Source: a virus. Taken from it: 31,673 nucleotides of DNA. This document shows, piece after piece, positions 17,252-27,732 of the stretch. The first letter of the stretch is position 1; the number at the start of each line of letters is the position of its first letter. Under the pieces are notes generated by a model. It did no database searches. It saw only the letters and a list, made by a program, of their open reading frames with translations, and was not told the origin of the DNA. The stretch spans positions 1 to 31,673 of IMG/VR virus record IMGVR_UViG_3300045988_094921, one strand, 5' to 3'. The position numbers and the translations under genes were made by a program.

Positions 17252-18036
17252 ATGATAAAATCTTGGAATGAAATGAATTTAGCTCATTATAGAAAACTAT
17301 TGGATGTAATTAGAAAAGAATGAGAAAATGAATTAGATATGAATTTAGCTATGGTATCTGTACTTAGTGATATTTCTTTAGAAGAAATTCAAAATATGGA
17401 GCTGAATAAATTACAAGAATTAATTAACAATCTTAAATTTGTAGAGAGTACATATAAACCTAAAACTCCAGAAACTAAATATATTATTGGAGACAGGGAA
17501 TATAAAGTCTTTTTTAATGTTAATAAGATGACTGCAAGTCAATACATAGACTTCCAGAATTTTTATAAGAAGTATGATGATTATATGCCAAATCTAGCTG
17601 CTTGCTTTTTATTACCAGAAGGTAAGAAGTATGGAGAAGATTATGATCCTTTGGATGAAGCAGAGTTTTTGAATAATCATTTAACAATTGATGTATTTTC
17701 AGATATAATGTTTTTTTTTGTAAACTTATTGCGACTATCAACTCTGAGTACCCTACACTCTTCGGAAAGGGAGATGAAGAAGAGACTAAGGAAAACCAAG
17801 GACAAACTGGAAAGGAGAAAGATTCTAAGGAGTCTGATACAGATGAGACGGTTACTCCTTTTACTCAAAAATGAAGCTGAATTATCTGAATAGATAAAGT
17901 AAGTGAGGTTACTAAATTTAATTGGCATCAAGTTTATGATATGCAAATTAAAGAGTTCTTAAATACAATTTGTTATGTTATAGATAAAGCTAATGAAGAA
18001 AATAGACAAATTGAAGAATGAAAACGAAAACATTAA
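17252..18036 (+). CDS. Structural-module protein needing a -1 shift at a T9 run (possible tail assembly chaperone-like frameshift gene)
   Basis: ATG 17252 (MIKSWNEMNLAHYRKLLDVIRKE(TGA)ENELD...) runs into track ORF 17339..17893. After T9 (17711-17719) the -1 frame gives a protein-like 105-codon continuation (CKLIATINSEYPTLFGKGDEEE...PFTQKWSWIIWIDKVSEV...) ending at TAA 18034-18036, just before element D. Confidence 0.55.
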
Positions 18037-18038
18037 AA

Positions 18039-18088
18039 TGTCAGTTTTTATTTATTTTAACTACTAAATTTGAGTAAAAACTTGACAC
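18039..18088 (+). repeat. Conserved ~50-nt intergenic dyad element, copy D
   Basis: TGTCAGTTTTTATTTATTTTAACTACTAAATTTGAGTAAAAACTTGACAC, starting 3 nt after TAA 18034-18036. Confidence 0.8.
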
Positions 18089-18090
18089 TT

Positions 18091-18120
18091 AATAGGGAGT
18101 AAGTCTCCCTATTTGTGTTT
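18091..18120 (+). terminator. Rho-independent terminator-like hairpin
   Basis: AATAGGGAG (18091-18099) pairs with CTCCCTATT (18105-18113) around a 5-nt loop, followed by TGTGTTT. Confidence 0.55.
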
Positions 18121-18156
18121 AGATACTAACCTATAAATTAATATATTTTAACAAAA

Positions 18157-18645
18157 ATGAATATTCAAGAACTAAATTTCCCAAATTTAAATGAGTTATT
18201 AAGACGTTGAGGAGAACTCATAATTTCTTTATATAGACAGGAATTGGTTCAAACAAGGACTGATGATACTGGATCATTAGGTAATAGTTTAAATTACATT
18301 GTTGAGACCCAAAATGGGGATTATGAAGTTAATGTTAGTTTATTAGATTATTGGAAATACGTTGAAGAAGGCAGACATTCTGGTAAGTTCCCTCCACTTA
18401 ATGATATAAAGAGTTGGATTAAAACTAAGCCAATTATTCCCAGACCTTATAATGGTAAGTTACCAACAATAGATCAGCTTACATATTTAATTGGGAGGAA
18501 GATACATCTTCAAGGAATTCAAGGTAAACATCCATTATCAAATACTATAGAATATATAGAAAATAACTATATGGAGCTTCTTGATGATGCTATAACTAAA
18601 GATCTTCAAGGACAAGTAGATTATTATGTATTTAAAAACTTTTAA
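18157..18645 (+). CDS. Possible HK97 gp10-like head-tail joining or tail completion protein
   Basis: The ATG at 18157 is joined to track ORF 18244..18645 through one TGA (LLRR-W-GELI). TGSLGNSLNYIVE...LLDYWKYVEEGR resembles the gp10-family TG.L..S...YA..VE.G pattern. Confidence 0.5.
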
Positions 18646-18647
18646 AA

Positions 18648-20828
18648 ATGGCATTTATACCAAGTAAATTAGGAATATATAACGCATCAAGGAGTTTTCC
18701 TGTTAAATGGAATAATCCTGGATGGGGAATTACTGGAGAATATGATTATTGGGCTTGGGGAGATGATTATACTGAAGAAGGGCCTTTAGAGGTAACTATA
18801 CAGGATCCAAGTAAAGAAGGATGTACAATACAATTTTTATCTCCTACAACAATAACTACTGATTCTTCTACTGTATTTCATTTTTATCCTAGAGGCATTA
18901 CTACTGCTTTTTTAGAGGAAGATTTACCAATTAATTTACATAGTAAAGCTCCTGGATATTATCCTGCTAATGGCACCATTAAAGTACCAAATACTGGTGG
19001 AGAATATACAGTAGAGTATATATTAAATAGATCAGATATTATTAAATGAGATGCAGCAGTTGTTAATGCTACAGCTTTAGTTAATATGGAAGTTCTGGAT
19101 TGAGATTCTTGCTCTATTAAGTTTAAAGTTACAGTAAGAGCTAATACTCAATGAAATACTGATTTAACTGCAACTATCCAATTAGGGGCTTATTATGATA
19201 CTAATAAATTTATTAGTTATAGTTATGGCTTTAAGATTGAAAAGAGTAATACTCCAGAAGATTTAAAGTTAGTAGTAACTCCTTCTTCTGGAACTTATGG
19301 AGCAGCTGCTTTTGTTACTGAAGAATTTCATTTAAGTACAACTAAAACAGAAGAAACTATTACTTCATTTAATGTTACCTGCCCTCAAGCTAGTAATATT
19401 AAAAAGGATATTGTTGATAACTATTTTGTATTAACTGTTCCAGAGAATAAAACTACTAATAATTTGGAGTTTAGTGCAATGGTTACTGCAACAACTTCTG
19501 GAGGTTATAATCTTGAAGCTACAGTTCCAATTAAACAAGCTGCAACATCTTTAATGATTCCTAATACTAATTATGAAGTAAGTTGAACTGCATCTACATT
19601 AAATATAATTGGTACAGGCTCAAATAACTTAGATGATGTTGTATTTAGTATTCCTGTAGGTTGGATTAGTGGTCAGAAGTTCTCTGTGAATCCTCAAGGT
19701 GTAGCAACTATTAGTTTGAACATTGCAGAAAATTCAGGTTTATCTTCTAGACAAGCAACTATTGGAGTATCTGTTATAAAGAATAGTTCAAGTATTATTA
19801 ATTTATCTATTAATATTACACAATCTGTTAAATCTGATATATCTCCTATTTGGAAAGATTATGTTTGGAATGAGATAATCAGTTCAGATTTTATTGAATA
19901 TCATCTAGATTATGCAGGAGATATGGTTTATGCTGGAAAAGCTTATAAATATCCTGAAACAGATAGAGTAGAGTTTCTATTAAATAATGTAGCTGAAAAT
20001 TATATATCTAATGGGATTATATTTAATACTTCAAAGACAATAGTATCTCCAGAATATCTAAAACCATTTACATTAATAACTTCATCTGGAAATGAGAAAC
20101 CAATTACTTTTTTCAATGATTGGAGTTATAAAGATAGAGATTTGACTAAAGGCACTATGTTAAGTGATCCTATTACTGGTTTAGTTGATCCAAGACAATA
20201 TTTAGTAGCAAGTTGAATTTTACCAACTGGAACTGGAGTTGTTAATAGATTCTTTTATATAGATGGAACATCAACTGCTATAGATATTAGTTTAAATTCT
20301 GGAATTAATGGATATACATATACAGAAGATTTAAGTAATAAATTATGGCCTTGTGGAAGCTATTTAATAGTAGGATTTGTAGAAGGTGGAAATATTAGTG
20401 ATAGACAGATTAGATATGATATAGATACTACAGGTAAAGATTATGTGCTATATTATACTAATTCAGCAGGTGGATGAGATTCGTTACTTGTTGAGGGTAA
20501 TGTTAAAAAGAATGATGAGATTAAATCTGAAACATATACTCGCAAGGTATTAAATACATCACAAGAGTTTGCAAGAAATAAGTATTTGAATACTATAACT
20601 TCAAGCTGGGTTCTTTATACTGGTTATTTAAATGATATTCAAGCTTCTAAGATGTTTAATTTAATTGAGAGTACTAAAGTATATTTGCATAATCTTAAAG
20701 ATAATACTATCACTCCAGTATTGATTACTGATACAAATTGTGAATATAAAACTTATACTAATCAAGGTAAGAATAAGTTCTACTATACAATTAATGTGGA
20801 AGCTTCTCAAGATACTTATCGTAAATAA
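18648..20828 (+). CDS. Large tail structural protein (726 aa) with Ig/BACON-like repeats, possible distal tail protein
   Basis: Track ORFs 18648..19049, 19686..20216 and 20586..20828 are all in frame 0. They are joined through TGA at 19047, 19101, 19152, 19584, 20214 and 20475 with no TAA or TAG. Repeated ~90-aa beta-rich segments end in ...RQATIGVSV-type motifs. Confidence 0.7.
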
Positions 20829-20830
20829 TT

Positions 20831-23800
20831 ATGAGAAAGAATATTAAATTATTTATTGCAGGAAAAGAAGTACATTGTTCTGAAGGCATATCATTACCAA
20901 TGACTTATACTGTAGAAGATTTTCAGAATCCAACAATAGTAAAAAATTCATTCAGTAAGACTATAAGCATTCCAGGAGACAAAAATAATAATAAGATTTT
21001 TGGAGAGATTTATAAGTTAGATAGATTTCTCCATATAAAAGAAGGTAATTTCTCTGGCGTATATTTTGATCCTTCAAAACGAGTTGATTTTGGAATTTAT
21101 AATAATGGCTATTTAGTTGAATCTGGATATATGCAATTAAATAGCATATCTATAAAACAAGCTGTCATTACTTATAATATTACTTTATATGGAGGATTAG
21201 GAGATTTCTTCTATGGACTTAAATATAAAGAAGATGGTACTATTAGGACTCTTGCTGATTTACAATACTTTGTAACTGATGAAGATGGGAATACACTTCC
21301 TGCTGATACTGAACTTAATTTTTATATTAACAAAGATTTTGTAAATACTTGTTTTGACTGAAGTAAAACGAATGAAGGAAGTCAAATATATGATTATTTG
21401 ACATTTATTCCAGCATATAATGGTTTATATGAAGATTTTGATAATGAAACTTGTTTAATAAATACTAATGAAAATAGTATATTTCCTACTAGTAAGACAG
21501 ATTCAGGAGTTACATATACACCTTATAATGGGTATGGATTAGCTAAATTAAATAGAGCATATACAGAATGGGAGATGAGAGATCTTAGAAGTTATATGCA
21601 AAGGCCAGCTTTAAAATTGAGTAAGTTAATTGAAACTATCTGTAGAAAAGAGAATTCTGGATATGATGTAGTATTTGATCCTTCATTTTTTAATTGAAAT
21701 AATCCGTATTGAAGTAAATCCTTTGTAGCTTTACCTTTATTATCTAATCTAGTAAGTGACGAAGAAGATGTAACAGAATCTGGCTTTTTAGTAGAAGATA
21801 GTAAATATAATTATCAGGTAGGTATAAATAAAGGAGAATCTACATCAAGTCCTTTAAAATTATCCATTGCATCACCTGATATTGTTTACGATTCTGGAAT
21901 AATTGATTTAAGTGAGGCTGGATTTAGAAAAAGCCTTTCTACAACTTTTTATTTTAAGTTAAAGTTTAATCGAACTGCAGGAAATGTTGGGGATAGATAT
22001 TTTTTTGGATTTAGAAGGTATTTTAGCTCCTCTGCTCCTCCTTTTTATTCAGCATATAGAGGATACGCTGATGTTTGGCTAACAATTACTAATGAAGTAG
22101 ATGATACTATTTATACTTCTGAAATACATAGATTTACAAATTCAGGAACCTACTCACATCCTATAGCTAATGGGGTTAATCATTTTGGGTATTTTCAAAA
22201 TAATGTATTTTATGATACTTCTTCATTAACTAATGATTTTGTTATTAATATTACAAATTTTAAAATTCCAATTAATAAAATTAAAATTAAACTTAATGTT
22301 GTATGATCTACTGGAAATAGTGTTCGCCCTACTGGATTATTAAGTGAAGTAATAGAAAGAGGAGAGGATTACCAAGCTATTCCAAAAGGAGATCTTATAG
22401 TAGATCTTACTTCTCCCATTGAAATTACTACTTCTACAGAGGTACTTCAAAGTAATGCATTATTAACTAAAAAATTATTATTAAAAACAGAACAATCTCC
22501 TGCTGATTACTTATTGAGTTATGCAAAACTATTTGGGTTATATTTTACAAAAGATATTGATAGTAAAACAATTAGAATATATACTAGAAATAATTTCTTT
22601 AAGAATATAATCTCTGATTGGAGCAAGAGAATAGATTATTCTAAAGATTTCAATGTAAATCCAATATTATTTGATAAGAAGTGATATAGAATGAGTTCTG
22701 AAGGTCCAGAAACTTATTTTTATAAAAAATACAATAAGGAATATTCTATATTATATGGTCAACAAAGATTAAATACTGGTTATAATTTTAATTCTGAAAC
22801 AACTGAACTGTATAGTGATAATATATATGAAAATATAGTTTCTGCAAGATGGAGAAATAAATATTTTAGAAATTTTTACAATTCTTCTTCCCTTGTAGTT
22901 CCTGCATTTATGAATGATAATATTACCTATACATTATTTAATAATAGCACTACTGAACTTAAGACTATAGATCAAGAGTTATACGGAGCTAATTTTATAG
23001 ATCCCTCTAAAACCACAGAATGATATAAAATCGCAGGTAATGATATATTTGCCAAAAATGTATTTTTCTCAATTGATGGTAATGAGGAATCTTTAGAGGA
23101 TATCTCTCAATCCCTAGTATTCTTTAACGGTAATGTTCCTTTAACTGATGTAAAAGGAAATGAAGTAACATATTGAATTACAGATGATCTTACAGAAATG
23201 AACATATTAAATGATCAGGAAATGTGTTATATATCTACTAAAAGTGAGAAAGATATTAGGGGGAATAAAATTGCTATAAAGAGAACTGTATTACCTCAAT
23301 TTACAAGGTATACCGTTTCGTCCTCTAATGTTACTGCTTCTTGAGATTTTGGATTACCACAAGAGATTTATATTGATGATATAACTTATAATATCGGAAG
23401 TACTATTTATAGTAGATTCTGGAGTGAATTTTATAATGATCAATTTGATGTAAATACTAAAAAAGTTACCTGCTTTGTAAGATTGGATGATTTAGATGTT
23501 AAGTATGATTTACTTAGACAGTTCTATTATTTTGAAGATTCTTACTGGGTACTTAATAAGATTGACGCTTATGATATTAATTCAGATTCTACTGTTAGAT
23601 GTGAATTTATTAAAGTTCAAGATATTAATAGTTATTTAGCTGGAGTTCAAAATCTAGGTGAATATATATCATTTGATGATTCAGATCCAGTTGTAGATTA
23701 TAAAGCTGGGACTAAAAAGATTACAGTTACTTCTAATATTCCTTGAGAATTAGGATGATATAGTCCAAATGAAATTGTAAGCATTACACCTGAATCTGGG

Positions 23801-24187
23801 CAGCCTGGAGAAACAGAATTGACAGTTACATATAATGAGAATACTACATATGACCAAAGGAGTTTCTATTTTAGTCTTTATAAACAAGGAAGTATAAATG
23901 GCCCTCAATGTATGTTTACTCAAACTCCAGACCCAAATAAAGCTATTCTTATTACAGGAAAGCTTCAAACTTCTACTGGAGGTATTCCTTCTGGTGTTAA
24001 TCAGATTCTAACTGAAAATGATAATGTCTTAAATGTCACTTATATGAGAGATGATGGAAGTTATAGAATATATGCTCAAAATGGAGTTCAATTTTTATTT
24101 AGAGTATCTGACGGACCAACAGGAACAATTAAATATACAGAGAATTTAACACTAACAGAAGATACTGTTAAAAATATTACAATCTAA
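20831..24187 (+). CDS. Very large tail or baseplate protein (1118 aa) with a C-terminal BACON-like domain, probable host-recognition or tail-tip protein
   Basis: Track ORFs 20831.., 21398.., 22691.., 23483.. and 23819..24187 all share frame 2 and are joined through about ten TGA codons. The C-terminal IP(TGA)ELG(TGA)YSPNEIVSITPESGQPGETELTVTYNENTTYDQRSFYFSL looks like a BACON domain. TAA at 24185-24187 overlaps the next ATG. Confidence 0.7.
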
Positions 24188-26946
24188 TGGCACAAACAGA
24201 AATTAAAAAAGTAATTAGTGTAGATACTAAATCAAGTAATAAATCAATAAATTCTTTAAAGAAAGATATTGATGCATTAACTAATTCGCTGAATGATTTA
24301 GAGATTGGTACTAAGGAATATAATGAAACTCTTTCATTACTTGGTAAGAGACAATCAGAATTCAATAAAATTAATGAGCAGATAGCAAGATCTTCGAGAA
24401 CTACTGCTCAAAGATTTGAAAGTGTAGCTAAAATATCCACTGGCTTAGCTAGTGGATATGGTGCTGCAACTGCTGCTATTACTTTATTTGGGAAAGAATC
24501 AGAAGATTTAAATAAAGTAATGGTTAAGTTACAATCTACTATTGCTTTAGTTCAAGGTGTGGGAGGTATAAAAGATTTATTAGAAGAATTGCCTACTTTA
24601 GGTAATTGGTTTAAGAAATTAACTGATTTTATCTCTCCATTTAATACAGGATTGAATAATGCTGCCAAAAACCTTAATCAGATTGATACATCTAAGCTTA
24701 ATAGCATTGGCACATCTGTTGGTAATGTTGGAACTGAATTAGGTAATATCTCTAAAGTAGTCAAGGATTTAGAAGGCACCAATATTAATCTAAGAGGTGG
24801 AATGGTTCAGGGTATGCTTGGGACTCCTGCTGAAATATCTGCTTCTAATAAAAGTGTCTCTAATACAATTCCGATTATAGGTAAATTAGGAGAAACTGCA
24901 AAAAAGTCCTTTGAAGAAGTAAAACCTACATTTACTACAGTTGCTGAATTTTTAAAGGAAGCAGCAAAAGAGACTGGAACTCCAGCAGAGAGAATGCAGA
25001 AAGCTGCTAAACGTTTAGGTGTAGATCTTAATGAATTAAAGGAAAATGTAGAAAAAGGCATTCCAACTTTGCGAAAAGGAGCAGAGGCTCAGAAAGCAAT
25101 GGCTGAAGCTTCAGAACAAGCTGCTTCTGGAGTAGGTAAAGTTAAAACTGCACTTAAAACTATTGGTAATGTAACTGTATGAATTGCATTAGCTACAGCT
25201 ATTGGAGTAGCTATTAATAAGATAATAGAGTATATATCCTCAATAAAATCAGCTGAAAAGGAGGCTGCTGAATTTAGAAAGTCTATTACAGATACTACTA
25301 ATCAGATTGCTTCTAAATCTATAGCTATCTTTAGAGAGTTACAAATAGCTTACGAAAGAGTTGGAGATTCTGCAGATGCTAAGCGTAAGTTTATAGAGCA
25401 ATATTCCGATAAGATTAAAGAGACTGGTTTAAATATCACTAATGTAAAGACTGCAGAAGATGCGTTTGTAAATAATACAGGCAATTATGTAGAAGCCTTA
25501 GAAGCAAGAGCTAAAGCACAAGCTATTGAACAGGCTGCAATTAAACTTTATGAGGAGTATTTAAACAAACGTACTGAACTGGAGAATCAAATTTCTGATA
25601 CAAGTTTTGGAGAGGCATCTGCTTGGCAGGCTTTTAAAGCTACAGCAATGTTCTGAAAAGATTATTCAAATACAATTTATGAGTATACAAAGCAAAATAA
25701 AGAGAATACTTATAAACAGTTGGATGATTTAAATAAAGACATTGAGAAAAGGCTTAAAAAGCTATTTGAGGATGTAGCAGATACTAATAAAAAGTATGGT
25801 GGGTTCTTTAATATTCCAACTATTACAAAGAACACTACTGAAGCTAAGAAGGTAATAAATGAATTTGATGAATGGCTTCAAAAGAGATTAGAGGATAAAG
25901 ACCCAGTAGATGAACTTGAAGATGAATATATTAGACTATTAGCACTAGCTATTAAAAATAATAGAAGTATTGAAGAAGTTGAGGCTTGGCATCAAGAAGA
26001 GCTGAAGAAAATTAGAGATAAGGCTAGAGAAGATGAAGAAAATGCAAGAAAAAGTGCTGCGGATAAAGCTTGAGATGATCTGCAGACTGAGTTAAAAAGA
26101 ATGCGCGAGGCAAGGTATGATATAAAAGATCCATCTTTAGAAATTCCTAAAACTCAATATACACAAGGATTTGCCAAAATATTTGGATTAAGTGGTGAGT
26201 TCTCTTATTCAAGCAAAAAAGACATAGAGGGATATAAAGATCGTTTATTAGGAACAGATACTGAAGAAGGTTCTATAGATAAATATAATAATCAAATAAA
26301 AACAAGATTGGAGGAGCAGAAGTCTTTTCTATTAAAACAATTAGAAAATGAGACTTTAACAGCTGATCAGAGAAAACTTATTAAACTAGAATTAGATTCT
26401 ATTGATGAGCAATTAACTGAAAATGAAATAGACAGAGAAAATAAGAAAAACAAAGTTAGAGAAAATGTTAATAAGCAATATCAAGAATCTATAAAAGCTC
26501 GCCTTGATCTAGCATCAAAGGTTGCAGGAAGTATGGCAACTATATGAGGAGAGGAAAGTAAAGTAGGTAAAGGATTCGCAACAGCTCAAGCTTTAATTGA
26601 TACATATAGTGCAGCTAACAGTGCTTATTCTGCAATGGCTGGTATTCCAGTTGTAGGTCCAGCTTTAGGTGCTGCCGCCGCTGCTGCAGCAATTGCAGCT
26701 GGTATAGCTAATGTTAAAAAGATTTGAGAAGTAGATGAAACTAGTGGAGCATCTGCATCTTCTGCTTCTGCATCTGTTGCAGCACCTGCTGCTTTAAACA
26801 CTACTCCTGTAGAATACACTCGAAACTTACTTGGTGATAAAGAGACTGATTTATTAAATGAACCTGTTAAATGCTATGTAGTTGAGAGTGATATTACTAA
26901 TGCTCAAACTAAAGTTGCAGTTACAGAATCAAATGCAAGTTTCTAA
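24187..26946 (+). CDS. Tape measure protein (919 aa)
   Basis: Track ORFs 24187.., 25720.. and 26101.. are in one frame, joined through TGA at 25180, 25654, 26071, 26545 and 26725. Long coiled-coil-prone Lys/Glu-rich sequence plus a C-terminal Ala/Gly-rich hydrophobic segment (AMAGIPVVGPALGAAAAAAAIAAGIANVKKI). TAA at 26944-26946. Confidence 0.65.
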
Positions 26947-26947
26947 A

Positions 26948-26967
26948 GTGAGTAAAATTTCTGACAC
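26948..26967 (+). repeat. Half copy (3' arm only) of the conserved intergenic element
   Basis: GTGAGTAAAATTTCTGACAC lies 1 nt after the tape measure stop codon. It matches the GAGTAAAAA..TGACAC half of the element. Confidence 0.6.
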
Positions 26968-27025
26968 ACTACTATGTAAGTTGCTGATTATCAGTGCTTA
27001 TATAGTAGTGCTATGTCTATTTTAT
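26967..27025 (+). terminator. Long hairpin plus T-rich tract (terminator of the tail operon)
   Basis: 14-bp stem CACTACTATGTAAG (26967-26980) pairs with CTTATATAGTAGTG (26997-27010) with one G-T pair. It is followed by CTATGTCTATTTTATTTTTA, which is also the 5' arm of element E. Confidence 0.6.
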
Positions 27026-27062
27026 TTTTATTATATAACCTAGTTGAGTAAAAACTTGACAT
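27014..27062 (+). repeat. Conserved ~50-nt intergenic dyad element, copy E
   Basis: TGTCTATTTTATTTTTATTATATAACCTAGTTGAGTAAAAACTTGACAT, 79 nt upstream of the capsid-module start codon. Confidence 0.8.
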
Positions 27063-27140
27063 TTGATAGTATACAAATATATAAAAATAGAAGATTGTAA
27101 CAATATTACATTTTTAAAATAGCTTATATATTAATAAAAA

Positions 27141-27731
27141 ATGGAAAAAATGTATAATGATCTTCCATTATATCAAGCAATTATTGCTGATGATTGTGAT
27201 GGAATAGAGTTCGTAGCATTGACCAGTAAACCTGCAACCCAAGTTAATTGGCTTGCTTTTGGGGAATCTCAGAAGTTCTCGATGGATGAAGAAAAACATA
27301 TAGTTACTTCTTGTTTAATGGTATGTGATATACCTATATTTAGACGGGATAGTAAAAACGGAGAATATTATATTCAATATGATAAAGAAACTCTCCGTTT
27401 AATGGCTGAAAAAATGATGTATGATAAGAGAACTACTGATGTAAATATTGAACATTTGGAAGATTCAGTAATTCCTGGAATAATTCTTCAAGAACTATAT
27501 GTTAAAGATATAGATAGAGGAATTAATCCAGTTGAATTTGCTGATTGTCCAGATGGTTCATTATTTGCTACTTATAAAGTAAATAATCCTGTTATATGGG
27601 ATGCAATTAAAGCTGGAAAGTTTAAAGGGTTCTCTATTGAGGGATTGTTTACTTTAGAAAGACAATCTGATGAATATGAGGAACTTAAAGAGATTCAAAA
27701 AATGTTGAGAAAAATAAAAAGAGTTAAATAG
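27141..27731 (+). CDS. Putative prohead serine protease (XkdF-like)
   Basis: 196-aa ORF directly upstream of the scaffold and capsid genes. The pattern ...IVTSCLMVCDIPIFRRD...DVNIEHLEDSVIPGIILQELYV... resembles the XkdF/Peptidase_S78_2 family. No TGA. Confidence 0.5.
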   Translation: MEKMYNDLPLYQAIIADDCDGIEFVALTSKPATQVNWLAFGESQKFSMDEEKHIVTSCLMVCDIPIFRRDSKNGEYYIQYDKETLRLMAEKMMYDKRTTDVNIEHLEDSVIPGIILQELYVKDIDRGINPVEFADCPDGSLFATYKVNNPVIWDAIKAGKFKGFSIEGLFTLERQSDEYEELKEIQKMLRKIKRVK

Positions 27732-27732
27732 A

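Noticed and set aside
26967-27010. The long hairpin after the tape measure gene might be a tRNA or small RNA gene, possibly the missing suppressor.
   Set aside because: It is a single 44-nt stem-loop with no cloverleaf, no T-arm-like GTTC and no UCA anticodon loop context. It fits a terminator followed by a T-rich tract. No other intergenic gap has tRNA-like GC-rich stems.
27078-27085. A minus-strand TATATTTG box (plus-strand CAAATATA) downstream of element E, which would suggest an antisense promoter into the tape measure gene.
   Set aside because: No properly spaced -33 TTTG was found on that strand, and there is no minus-strand gene to serve. It is probably a chance match in AT-rich DNA.
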